From NCBI RefSeq assembly GCF_009914755.1, contig NC_060941.1: a stretch of 64,000 nucleotides of DNA; one strand, given 5' to 3'. This document shows, one piece after another, positions 40,672 through 56,970 of the stretch. The stretch comes from the human T2T-CHM13v2.0 reference genome, Homo sapiens. Position 1 is the stretch's first letter. Each line of letters starts with the position of its first letter. The notes beneath the pieces were generated by a model that worked only from the letters and a program-made list of their open reading frames with translations, was not told where the DNA came from and did not search any database. A program made the position numbers and the translations under genes.

Positions 40672-40805
40672 TCTGCTTCCCTGACTATTCCTGGACTACA
40701 GCCACATCTCATTGCTGCCCTTCTTCCCAATCCAAAGCCTCCTTTGCGTCCTCCTCTTGTATCCCCCACCTTAACCCACAAGTATAAGATACCTCTACTC
40801 CCTCC

Positions 40806-41900
40806 TTGGTGACCGATCATGCACCCCTTACCATCTCATTAAAACCTAATCACCCTTACCCCGCTCAATGCCAATATCCCATCCCACAGCATGCTTTGAA
40901 AGGATTAAAGCCTGTTATCACTCGCCTGCTACAGCATGGCCTTTTAAAGCCTATAAACTCTCCTTACAATTCCCCCATTTTACCTGTCCTAAAACCAGAC
41001 AAGCCTTACAAGTTAGTTCAGGATCTATGCCTTATCAACCAAATTGTTTTGCCTATCCACCCTATGATGCCAAACCCATATACTCTCCTATCCTCAATAC
41101 CTCCCTCCACAATCCATTATTCTGTTCTGGATCTCAAACGTGCTTTCTTTACTACTCCTTTGTACCTGTCATCCCAGCCTCTCTTCGCTTTCACTTGGAC
41201 TGACCCTGACACTCATCAGGTTCAGCAAATTACCTGGGCTGTACTGCCGCAAGGCTTCACAGACAGCCCCCATTACTTCAGTCAAGCCCAAATTTCATCC
41301 TCATCTGTTACCTATCTCGGCATAATTCTCGTAAAAACACACGAGCTCTCCCTGCTGATCGTGTCTGATTAATCTCCCAAACCTCAATCCCTTACAAAAC
41401 AACAAACTCCTTTCCTTCCTAGGCATGGTTAATGCAGTCAGAATTCTTACACAAGAGCCAGGACCGCACCCTGTAGCCTTTCTGTCCAAACAACTTGACC
41501 TTACTGTTTTAGCCTAGCCCTCATGTCTGCGTGCAGCGGCTGCCGCTGCTTTAATACTTTTAGAGGCCTTTCCTACAAGGTCTGAGAAGGCCACCGTAGT
41601 CATTTCTTCCCTTCTGTCAGACATAATTCCTCAGTTTAGCCTTCCCACCTCTATACAGTCTGATAACAGACCAGCCTTTATTAGTCAAATCAGCCAAGCA
41701 TTTTTTCAGGCTCTTAGTATTCAGTGACAGACTAATGGTCTATTAAAAACACACCTCACCAAGCTCAGCCACCAACTTAAAAAGGACTGGACAATACTTT
41801 TACCACTTTCCCTTCTCAGAAGTCAGACCTGTCCTCAGAATGCTACAAGGTACAGCCCATTTAAGCTCCTGTATAGACGCTCCTTTTTATTAGGCCCCAG
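40806..41900 (+). pseudogene. pol: HERV-H pol remnant (RT N-terminal part, deleted RNaseH/IN pieces)
   Basis: SPYNSPILPVLKP, LVQDL, SVLDLKRAFF, WAVLPQGFTDSP; the YxDD motif is deleted. Confidence 0.88.
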
Positions 41901-42496
41901 TCTCATTCCAGACACCAGACCAACTTCGACTATGCCCCCAAATAACTTGTCATCCCTACTATCTTCCGTCTAGTCATACTCCTATTCACCATTCTCAACT
42001 ACTCATACATGCCCTGCTCTTGTTTACACTGCCGGTTTACACTGTTTCTCCAAGCCATCACAGCTGATATCTCCTCGTCCTATCCCCAAACTGCCACTCT
42101 TAACTCTTGAATAAATAATCTTTGCTGGCAGGACTATGCTGAACCTCCATAGGCACTCTCTAATTAGATGTCCTAGGTCCTCCCAATTCTTAGTCCTTTT
42201 ATACCTGTTTTTCTCCTTCTCTTATTCCACTTAGTTTTTCAATTCATACAAAACCGTATCCAGGCCATCACCAATCATTCTATACGACAAATGTTTCTTC
42301 TAACAACCCCACAATATCACCCCTTACCACAGATCTCCCTTCAGCTTAATCTCTCCCACTCTAGGTTCCCACACCGCCCCTAATCCTGCTTGAAGCAGCC
42401 CTGAGAAACATCACCCATTCTCTCTCCATACCACCCCCCAAAAATTTTCGCCGCCCCAACACTTCAACACTATTTTGTTTTATTTTTCTTATTAAT

Positions 42497-42511
42497 AGAA
42501 GAAGGCAGGAA
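42497..42511 (+). other. Polypurine tract
   Basis: AGAAGAAGGCAGGAA abutting the 3' LTR. Confidence 0.9.
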
Positions 42512-42945
42512 TGTCAGGCCTCTGAGCCCAAGCCAAGCCATCGCATCCCCTGTGATTTGCACCTATACGCCCAGATGGCCTGAAGTAACTGAAGAATCAC
42601 AAAAGAAGTGAAAAGGCCCTGCCCCGCCTTAACTGACGACATTCCACCATTGTGATTTGTTCCTGCCCCAACTTAACTGAGTGATTAACCCTGGGAATTT
42701 CCTTCTCCTGGCTCAGAAGCTCCCCCACTGAGCACCTTGTGACCCCCGCCCCTGCCCACCAGAGAACAACCCCCTTTGACTGTAATTTTCCATTACCTTC
42801 CCAAATCCTATAAAACGGCCCCACCCCTATCTCCCTTCGCTGACTCTCTTTTCGGACTCAGCCCACCTGCACCCAGGTGAAATAAACAACCATGTTGCTC
42901 ACACAAAGCCTGTTTGGTGTTCTCTTCACACGGACGCGCATGAAA
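42512..42945 (+). promoter_or_regulatory. HERV-H 3' LTR
   Basis: 434 bp, 7 substitutions versus the 5' LTR; TATAAAA 42809-42815, AATAAA 42881-42886. Confidence 0.95.
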
Positions 42946-43461
42946 CTCACTATACAGGCAGGACACTTTGAGGCATCTAACTTGTGGAGACAAGTACAAT
43001 TGTACAGTTTAGATACATGTGTTAATAAACCACTAGAGAGTATTATAAACTAGATCAATGCTATCAATTTCTTCCTAACAAACACTCACAGACAAAATTA
43101 GACTATAACAGAGGTAATTTTAAAGCATAGAGCACACTTTGGCAAAAATGACAGCCCATGTGGGATGCCAGGAGAAAGGGGCAGCTTGAGGCAAGAGATC
43201 AAGTGGAAGGGTGGCTCAGAAAGAGGACACCAAAAACAAACTTACCTGAGATAAAGGTGTTGCCAGCACTGGCCAAGCTCCGATCGTCTGAACATTAGCC
43301 TAGGACTTTCCTATTACTGTTCTGCTACATTATGAACTTGAGGTTTATAGGGGCTGACTTTGGAGTTCAACTGCCTAGGGTCTTCTATGAAATAATGTGC
43401 TTTGAAATACAGTCAAACACACAGTGAACAAACAAATAAGATAGAAAGTGACTCTGCTAAG

Positions 43462-43467
43462 TTTATT
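43462..43467 (-). terminator. ZNF18 polyadenylation signal
   Basis: TTTATT on + (AATAAA on -) about 490 nt past the stop codon. Confidence 0.7.
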
Positions 43468-43954
43468 TCAAACAAGGGACACTTGAAGTTAGTTTTTCAC
43501 CCCTATGACAAAGAACACACGTGAGCTCACAGGCCCTCTATGCTTCTCCCCTTCTGGAACAGAAGACCTGCTCTAGAACTCATTTTAAGGGGCTGATCTG
43601 AGGTTCTTCCCATAAGCAGTGACTACAGCTAATCCCATTAAATGCTTCCCAGAAAGCACTTCTAAAACTGGATCTCCAATTTAGACTTTTTCCCCGATGG
43701 GTCCAAAGGAAGGATGAGTGGAAACATGAAGACTATTCTTTCTCCTGAGGCAGAATCAAGAATTTAAGCCATTGTGCAATCCAATCCAAGATATCCTCCA
43801 AGTCCAAAGCCATGTCCAGATTCTCTCCTCTCCAATCCAAGAAAAAAGGAGATTAACAGGGGTATCCTCTTAGACACAATTCCTCTTGATGGAGCTGAGT
43901 ATTTTTGTGACTGGGCTGGGAGATAGAAATGGGGAAAGAGAGTTTGGTTACTGG

Positions 43955-44742
43955 CTATTGAAAGGGCTTCTTTCCTAAGTGGGATCTTTGATGTTTGTCA
44001 AGGCTCGAGCTCCAGCTGAAACTTTTCCCACAGTGCGAACATTTATAAGGTTTCTCTCCAGTGTGAACCCTCTGATGTCTATTAAAGTTTGATCTCTGAA
44101 TGAAACTTTTCTCACAGATAGGACATTTATAGGGTTTCTCTCCTGTGTGGATTTTCTCGTGGTGGCGCAATCCTGAGAAGTCACTAAAGCCTTTCCCACA
44201 GTAATCACATTTACAGGGCTTCTCTCCCGTGTGAGTTCTCTGATGCTTCACAAAGTCTGAACTCCGCAGAAAGGCTTTTTTGCAGATGGTGCACTGAAAG
44301 TATGTCTCTCCGGTGTGAGTTCTTTGGTGAAAAATAAGCTGAGAATTCCTATAAAAGGTCTTCCCACACTCCCTGCAGGTGGGGAGCTTCTGGGCCATGG
44401 GGGCTCTTGGCTGCCCCTTCTGGGAGGTCTCTCTCTTCTCCTCAAGCCACATGGTGGACATTTCTCCTGAATGAGGATTAGGCAAATGCTGACCTAGTTG
44501 TTTCTCAGAAATCCTTTCTTGAGGAGACAGCTGTTCCCCTGTTCCCTCATCCTGAATGTTTTGCAGAGCCTCAGGGAGATTCTCTCCTTCTCCAAAGCAT
44601 CCTGGCTCATCCTCAGTGAAGAAGCCCCTCAAGGAAGCCTGAGAAGGAACCTCTCCTGAAGCTTGACAGGAAGCATGCAGGAGCTCCTGGTCCCTGTGAT
44701 TCTCCAAATTTAGGTTCTCCTTGTCATTCTCTTGTCTATCTC
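43955..44742 (-). CDS. ZNF18: ZNF18 last coding exon: linker + five C2H2 zinc fingers
   Basis: cttttag| acceptor; five CxxC...HxxxH fingers with TGEKP/TGETY linkers; TAG at 43957-43955. Confidence 0.96.
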
Positions 44743-46302
44743 CTAAAAGAAGAAAGAAGATTTGAAATGGTTCAAGTGCTATGCCCTGTTTTCTAACTCA
44801 TATGTCAAAGAGAGGGTCATCATAAAACATTCATTTTCTTTTTTTTTTTTTTTTTTTTTTTTTTAGGGCATTAGTAAGTGAGAAAGAAAACTACCATATG
44901 GCCCAAATGTTCAAACTCACTTCCCCTGTCCTGGGTTCAAGGCTAAATGGTTCAGCTCTGGAGCTGAGGATTTTTAAACAACACAGGAGTACTCATAAAG
45001 TGATCACTCCGTAAATAAAGCCACATGTATTTCTTAAGGACCAGGAAAAAAACAAGTATATTATAGGCAACTACTGCTTTTAAAGTGATTTTTATCTGAT
45101 TATATATAAAAGATAAATATGGTAACTAAAAAAAAAAACTGAAGAGAGAGAAATATATACAGAAGAAAACCAAATCCGCCTCAATCTTACTACCCAGAGA
45201 TAACAACTATGAGCATACATTTCCTTTCAGTCTTTTTAATTTAACCTATATGTATGCAGGTATATGCTATTTTCTGACATAATTTGTGTCATATTGTACA
45301 TATAGTTCTATATCTAGCTATGGAGCATTTAATTGTGAATGGTGGCATTAATCAATGTAATATAGAGTCTCCCTCTCCCATTCATAAGACGCCCAAAATC
45401 TGTGAAATGCACGTGTCATTTTACCACAGCTGCAATGCAGCGGGGCTTTACTATAAAAGTGAATCCCTTGATCTGTGCTTGAATCTAGTATTTACATGCC
45501 CTTTATTAAATCACACTAGCAACTGGAAGTTTGTTTTTCTCATCGTAACTTGGGTTTTTGGTTATAGTACTTAATGATGCAAATAGAAAATTTTTATTTT
45601 GGTGGTAGGATTTTCAACTTTTATAAATTATTTTAACTATATAGATCTAAAGATGCCATTTACCTTTCTCTTTCACATATTAGTGTCTTTTCAATTGTCT
45701 GCCAGGGATCTAGACATCTTCTAGAGAGCTAGATCTGAACTTGTTAAGTCAAAAAGCCTTAGAATGTCCCTGAATCTAAAAATAAAATAAAATAAAATAA
45801 AAGCCTTAGAATATATTCCTCTCAAATGGCAAAGGTACTTTCTCGTGTTTTTAAAAAAGCCTTTATAAATATCATTTTAAAGAGCTGAGTAATGGCCCAT
45901 CAAGAAGATGTCATAATAAACATATAATTTGTTCCCCTACCATGGAAATCTAATTTGCTTATTGTGTTTTTGCGACTACAAATAATGCTGTGATCAGCAG
46001 TTTTCTTCATAAGTTTTTGCCCACATTTCTCATCAATATCTCAAAGGAATTTCTCAAAGTAGAATTACTGTGTCAACGGGCATAAATATTAAGGCTCTTG
46101 ACACCTACTGGCAACCCAACTTCCAGAACAACTCTGCCATCCTCTCATATGTGAAATTGGGCAGAGGGGGAAGTGGGTATTCAATACTTAAATATTGAAT
46201 ATTTTTAAACTTATGCCATTTAGATGGATGAAAAGTGGTTTTTCATTGTTTTAAATTTTAATTCTTAAGTTATGAAAGGATGAATCTTTATCACATTTAT
46301 GA

Positions 46303-47603
<1,301 letters not shown>

Positions 47604-47854
47604 TAATGGGACCATGTCAGCAGAGGTGGGATGAAGGAAAAACAAACAAACAAAAAACGAGTAGGAATATAGTGAGCTATATATAGCAAATAAGGTCAGA
47701 CTACTAGGAGCTATATGGGAAATCTCTGCAGCTTCCATTCAATTCTACTATGAACCCAAAACTCGTCTTAAAAATAAATCCTGTCCAAAAAAAAATCCTA
47801 CTGCAACAACCTCCAAAGCAATATTTTCAACCTTTTCTGACTACAACCCACTAT

Positions 47855-48247
47855 AAGTTCTATGGACTAAACTGTGATCCCCCAAATTCATACGTTGAAA
47901 CCCTAGCCCCCAGTATGATGGTATTTGGAGATGGGGCCTGGGGCCTTAGGGAGGGATTAGGTCTAGATGAGGTCCTAAGGGTGGAGTCCTCATGATGGGA
48001 TTAGTTTCCTGTCTCCTCCTCTCCCTCTCTCACCTCCCCCTCTCCCAGTCTCTCCCTTCCTCTCCGCCTCTCCTCTCCCCAACCCCCCTCTCTGCTATGT
48101 GAAGACACAGCAAGAAAAGCGAGGTCAGCAAACCATACTGGCACCCTGATCTTGGACTTCCCAACCTCCAGAAATGTGAGAAATAAATGTTTGTTGTTTA
48201 AGCAACTTAGTCTATGGTATTTTGTTACAGCAGCCCAAGCTAAGGCA
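47855..48247 (+). mobile_element. MLT1A-type MaLR solo LTR
   Basis: CCCCAAATTCATACGTTGAA...CCTCCAGAAATGTGAGAAATAAAT...GCAGCCCAAGCTAAG. Confidence 0.75.
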
Positions 48248-48652
48248 GTAATCGATATATTAATATTGAAACACAGTACATGCACACATATTTTAAACAA
48301 ATATTTCCTGAAACACTACCCACCCCTACATCTGATATTTCCTCTTCAATCTTATTGTGTTTTTTTTTAACGCTGGTTGTAACTCTATCAAATGATTTCA
48401 CGACTCACTAATTGGTTATGCAATGCAGTTTGAAAAATTCTGTTCCAGAAGAAATCCTTGTGAAATGGCCTGATAAATACGTTGTGTAAAATTAAAATCA
48501 AATATCTCAGCTAATGATTGCTCTCTCTGTGGTATATTAGCAAAAGAAAATAATTAATTAGATGCCACTGGGGAGAAAGAATGGCTTGCCCTACAATTCC
48601 CATCCTTGGTCCTCTTCTTCCTCTAAGGTTCTGGGATTTACTGTATATATAA

Positions 48653-48654
<2 letters not shown>

Positions 48655-48696
<42 letters not shown>
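48655..48696 (+). repeat. (GT)21 microsatellite
   Basis: Direct reading. Confidence 0.97.
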
Positions 48697-48698
<2 letters not shown>

Positions 48699-49293
48699 GT
48701 TTCGCAATTAGTTTTTACGTAACTTCAATGTTTCAGAAAAAGTGTAGAAAGCAAAGAATGACTATTTTACAAGATAACAAGTTAAGATTTCTTCTTCCCT
48801 AGTCTTAAATAAATTATTTATACGAAGTATTTGTTGATGCTGCTGTTTTAAGAAGTGTTAGGTGCATAGGGATTAGATAAAACATTTTTTTCTGTTTGTT
48901 TTATGTCTAGATACTCTAACTTCTTGCTAGGAAGGGTAATAATGGCTGCTACATAATCCTTTGCAATGAAATTCTACTCTATTTGTATTGGTCTTAATTT
49001 GTGTGAATCTTAATTCTTTCAGAGAAAGAAAGCTAAAATAACAGACAAGATTAAAGGCAGCAGGTCTGATGTGTGGTCTTCCTTCCATAGTTAAATATGT
49101 GTCAACAGCCCTATAGCCAGAGATAAGTAGACTCAATCTCAATAGTTAAATCAAACCAATCAGATCATGGCTAGTTATAACCAACGTAATAGAATATTCT
49201 GCCTCCCCTGACCTCCTTCACCACCTCCCCAATCACCTCCAATTTAATGACAGGCAGTCAGAAATGATTCCAGACCAATGAAAGATTACTCAC

Positions 49294-49404
49294 CTATGCA
49301 GGTGGGTCTTGGGATCTTCTCATTGACATGAAGGTATATTCCTGCCAGCTCTTCCCCAAATTCTATTGAATTAGTCAGGTCAGATTTGGGATGGGAAATG
49401 CCTG
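49294..49404 (-). CDS. ZNF18: ZNF18 KRAB-B-like exon (AGISHPKSDL...PTCI)
   Basis: 111 nt, phase 1-1, TAGCAG tandem acceptor, G|gtgagt donor. Confidence 0.9.
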
Positions 49405-50109
49405 CTATAGAGAGAAAGATGTATGGTGGGCCTGGATGAATAGGGAAGACTGGGAGCTCAAGCTGTGTCTTTCAAAGGAGCACCCTACGCATGAGGGAAA
49501 ATATGAAGGCTCTGGACACTTGCAGAAACTCACCTTAGAACAGTGTGTGGAGCTTGTAAGACACCAGTACTCACAGGATGACCTTGACAGATGGTAAAGG
49601 CCATGAAAAGAAGAGTCTAGGCAGGTGGACAGAAAGGTCTGTAGACTACCTGGCAGGCTGGTGTGAGAATCATGATGGGGATCCCACCAATGGTTGGTTG
49701 ACAAGTGTGGTTTAGTAGAAAAGAGCATGGACTCAGAACCAGCCACAGCTGAGTTCCATCATAACTCAGCCCACTTATGAGCTATGTGGCAGTGGGTAAG
49801 TATTTGATCTGACACTCACTTTCATCAGGCTTAAAATGAGAATACCATCATCAATTTCATAGATTAAAGAAGTTACTCCGTGCAATGTACCCACAAACAG
49901 TTCCTGGCACACGGAATACTTTCAATACAAGGAAGTTCTTACTGTTAATTCTGCTAGCTCCAACTTGCCCCAGTTCCCAACTGTGTCCCTAACGATTTCT
50001 TTCACCTGGCGATTTTCAGTTCAGCAGATGTCTCTATAAGTGCATGGAAAATGCCTCACAGTTTTCCAGTCCTTCTACCTCCTTCCATCAGACTAACCCA
50101 CACCCTCAC

Positions 50110-50194
50110 CTCCTGAGACCATTTTCCCATAGGTCTCCAGCATGAGATCCCAGTATTGCTCCTTTTGAGTGGAATCCAGTTGTCTCCACTGTTC
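50110..50194 (-). CDS. ZNF18: ZNF18 truncated KRAB-A exon (EQWRQLDSTQKEQYWDLMLETYGKMVSG)
   Basis: 85 nt, T16-ccag| acceptor, G|gtgagg donor; matches the KRAB-A pattern W..L...Q...Y.DxMLE.Y. Confidence 0.92.
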
Positions 50195-50457
50195 CTGGAA
50201 AAAAAAAAAAAAAAGCAATACAATACCATGACTCCAATGAAGGTGTTTGAACCTGCCTTCCCTGCCTAAAGGAAAGCTGAGAAGACAGAAACGTGCCATA
50301 GGATCCTGGCCATCGCAAGACCTGAGAAATCCCAGCAGAGTGGTTCAAGGGACAAAGAGGCCAAAGGGAAAACAACAGTCCCTATATCAGTGTTTCTTTC
50401 CTTGGTAAGAAAACATCTAGGCTTTACATTCTGCACCTCTTCAGGTGAATTATTTAA

Positions 50458-50804
<347 letters not shown>

Positions 50805-51968
50805 GTACTATTTGTTTTTTGTTTTTGTTTTTGTTTTTTAACTCAAGTGCTTGTACTAGACGTCTTTGAGGAGGAAGAGTCTGATAGTCCCACTATTTAA
50901 TTAAAATCAGGAAATTCAAAAAGCAAAGAAAGAAGTTAAAAAGGAATCTGTTGGAAAAGCAAGTGCGAATCAGTAAGATGTAGTTAAGAGTCAACTGCAT
51001 TGTAAGCTTCACCCTGAAACAAAGATTGGTATATTCAGAGAAGAGAGAGATGTTATAGCCATACTTGAAATATCTTAAAGTTCTGCATTTAGAGTCTAAC
51101 ATTAAATTAGTTTTCTTTCCAGATAGTGGAAAACTGGTAGGTTCTCTGGAGCAAGGTGTCCCAATCTCCAAAAGAAGCCCTGCTTTTCCTATGAAACGAC
51201 AGACTGGAGACTCAAAACTGGGAATACCATACAGCTAGGGTCTGCTTTCATGAATTCAAATTTCAGTCTTCTACCAAGAAGCTGACTATTAGAAACTCAG
51301 ATTGTATAGCAAAGGGATTAGCAGCCCATTTTTTGGAGTCAGACGTACTGAGTTTTAAGTCCCAACGTTGCCACTTTCTAGCTGTGCAACCTTGAGCAAG
51401 TTATTTAACCTTCCAGAGTTTCAGGCCTCACCTAATGATGGCACTGAACTCAAAAAAGTGTTGTGAGGTTTGAGATAAATAATGCAAGTGTCACCTGTTT
51501 TCATAGCACACTGTACTTTTTTTATTTATAGTATTTATCCATTTATTAACTATTTATGTGTATGTACAAATGTATGTGCACACATGTAAGTATTTGATTA
51601 ACTGTTGCCTCTACTAGCAATGTAAGCTCCATGAGAAAAGGACTCTGTCATCCTCTCCATTGTATAATACCTTCCCAGTTCCCAAGACCCTGTCCAGGAC
51701 AGAAGAGGCACTTGATATATGTTACCAGGGTGAAATAAAGCCCTTAGCAAACAGGTCCTCAGTAGATAATATATATTATTACCATCACATGCAGTCTCCC
51801 AGTCTCACCCCAAGGGTTTGCAGAGAGAATTAAGGGATTCTGCACACTTTCAGAAACCGCAAAGTGGATAGACATGAATAGCCAGGCTTCAGGGAATAGA
51901 AATGAGGAAAGGAACTACAAAGTCATCCTCCTACTGTACACAATATACTGTTTGGGGAAGGCACTCTC

Positions 51969-52330
51969 TGATATGATTTGGCTCTGTGTCCCCACCCAAA
52001 TCTCATCTTGTAGCTCCCATAATTCCCATGTATTGTGAGAGGGACCTGGTGGGAGATAACTGAACCAAGTGGGCAGTTCTTTCCTGTGCTGTTCTCATCA
52101 TAGTGAATAAGATAACATCCGATGGCTTTAAAAATGGGAGTTTGCCTGCACAAGCTCTCTCTTTGCCTGCCGCCATCCTTGAAAGATGTGACTTGCTCCT
52201 CCTTGCCTTCCACCATGATTGGGGGCCTCCCCAGCCATATGGAATTGTAAGTCCAATTAAACCTCTTTCTTTTGTAAACTGCCCATTCTCAGGTATGTCT
52301 TTATCAGCGGTGTGAAAACGGACTAATACA
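51969..52330 (+). mobile_element. THE1-type MaLR solo LTR
   Basis: TGATATGATTTGGCTCTGTGTCCCCACCC...GGACTAATACA with CTCTC TSD on both sides. Confidence 0.9.
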
Positions 52331-54139
52331 CTCTCAGTCCTAAGTCAAGTCTGCCCCCTAGCACATCAAAGGGAAGTGGAAATGGCTCAAGGAGAAAAGA
52401 GATACCAAAAACTGTTCAATTAGCAGGTGCTAAGCCAAACACACAAACGAAAGAGGGTTTGGACTTTTTTGGGTGGGAAGGATAGGAAGCTGAAAAGCGA
52501 CCTCAATATACTGAATTACACAGTCAACTATTAACTATAACCACATTTTTAATGTGAACTTTAATTTAAATTTTTTAATTTTTAAAGTATAAACAGCTAG
52601 CAGCTTATTCTGTTAATCTTCTGTGAATGCAGCTATTTTAACAACCTCCTGAAAATAATCACTTGAGCAAACATTGCTGAACACAGGAGTTCTCAGTCTT
52701 TGTGGTCAGAACACATGGACCTTGGCTTCAGTGCTAGCAGAGAAAAGGATGCACTTGCCAAGCACAGTAATATCTGCCTGGCTGCCTGGCTTGCTGACAC
52801 AGGATCTATTCCATGAACACCAGAACAGTAACTACCAAGAAGAGTACAAGGCAGAAAAGGATACAGCCACCAAAACCCCCAAGGGTCAAAATCAGCTCAC
52901 TCAAAAACCAGAAAAGTTGCTTCAGGAGCACTAACAGGGTACCTCCAGCTTAAAAACACAAATTTACTCAAGAAACTGCCAAGAAGCTGGGTACTTCGAA
53001 TAAAACCTCCTACTGAAGAGGCAAGACGCCAATGGCAGCCAGCTTGCCTCTTTCTCATATTTAGAAGAGACGGAAAAACCTAACTTTCTATCCTGAAAGA
53101 CAGACACATGGGATTTGATGGGAAAATTCTATTTTTGTGTGGAACTGGCACCATCTTGTGGGTTTATAAGATATTACAACTGACTTACACTTAGTTACAC
53201 GCTGTTCCTTTCCTTTAAGTCTGAAAACAGGGGAAGGTGAGTAAATGCACTGCTGGAGTCTATGTGAGGTTCCAACCGAGTCATGGTTTCCACTAATGAA
53301 ATAACTACTGTGTACTGATAGTAATACCGTATCATTATTCTGGCATTATTTATGAAGTTCCTCACTTATTTAAGAGATTAGAGGGAGTGATTAATTTAAA
53401 AATTCCTTTTACTTCCAAAGGATTCCATTAAATATCAAAGTCTTTCTGATGCAAATAATTGCTGTTAGTTTGGAGGGGATATTCAGATTGGGTAGGGACA
53501 ACTTTTGTTCATTTGACTTAAATGGTTGCTAACTAGTTATCATCTGAAGGTAGGGAAATACAGACACACATATATATGTAAATACGGTTGTAAAAAACAA
53601 ATTGGTGCTGATGAGCATTTTAAATCTTTTGACTTTAAGTTATCCAGAACAGGTGAGGATACTCTGTACCTACTACAGAAACAACAATAATCCTCCAAGC
53701 CTGGTTGACATATTCCACAGAACACCCAAATCTTTTTCACCAAGCAACATCTTGCTTAACAATTTGGTTTCTGGGCACCTTGAAAGCAGGCAGAAGGGTA
53801 CCTTTGATTCACTAAAAAGATATTTCTCTCCCCTGCCACCTCCCCATCCACCTTCCCCCAGAGTAAACTATGAAATTGGTATTCTAGTTTTTATATATCT
53901 GAGCCTGGAGAGCTGAAGCTCAGACCCTGGTCTGAAACACAGCATTACCTACTGCCTTCTCTATTTTCATATTCACGCTACAGCAGATTGCAAGGCAAGT
54001 CCCAAGAGGAGTTCCTTCAACGTTTTAAATGATGTTTTAATTAAGATGTATAGGTTCGTGAAAAAAAAATTTTTTACAAAATACAACTTTTCAAAATTGT
54101 TAACTAAATATCAACATAAATCTGTCCCAGAGACTTTTA

Positions 54140-56410
<2,271 letters not shown>

Positions 56411-56458
56411 ATAAAAGGTAAAAAGTTTCCTTTTCATCGCTTTTGTACGTCAGCTCAC

Positions 56459-56547
56459 CTGAGGTGCTGCTGGGAGCAGTGAGGCTCCGAGGTCCTGGTC
56501 TCTGATCAGCCTTTCCTCCAGTCGGGCAGGCTGGGAGGCAGCCAGGG
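56459..56547 (-). CDS. ZNF18: ZNF18 linker exon (LAASQPARLEERLIRDQDLGASLLPAAPQ)
   Basis: 89 nt, cttcag| acceptor, CAG|gtgagc donor; phases fit both neighbours. Confidence 0.88.
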
Positions 56548-56970
56548 CTGAAGTGAGGAGAGGAAGTTTTCAGAATCTGGATGTCTTCCTTAACCACTCC
56601 CCAGAGGGCGCAGATAACAATCTTCACAAATCAGAACAATACCTGAACAATACCTGTACTGCCATCTATATTTCAAGACTTGTGTTTATCTCCCTGACAC
56701 ACTCCAACCCCCTCCAACATTCCAGTCTCACCCATATGTTCTCCCACCTCCTTCCTCAGAGCCAAAATCCAAATGGTCTGGCCCAGTCATAAAGCAGTTT
56801 AAAACACAGACTTTGACTCTCCAAACAAGAGCGGTTTATTTAGGTCTAACCTGTTTGCAAACCTCTCAGGGATACGCCAATCTGAGCAGCATACCATTTC
56901 AACTCACTTAGGCCTACTAATCACAATCCCAAAATCTCTCCAAGAGAACACCACACAGCACCATCCTCAC

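Larger units (their letters stand above)
37754..42945 (+). mobile_element. HERV-H provirus, internally deleted, two LTRs
   Basis: Paired LTRs, CTCAC TSD (37749-37753, 42946-42950), His PBS, PPT, gag/pro/pol remnants. Confidence 0.97.

Noticed and set aside
40806-41372. Possible active reverse transcriptase
   Set aside because: YxDD region deleted, protease active site degenerate, stops and frameshifts
44835-44880. Poly-T + AG on + strand as an acceptor for HERV-H-driven antisense RNA
   Set aside because: Motif only; a simple homopolymer explains it and no exon structure can be supported
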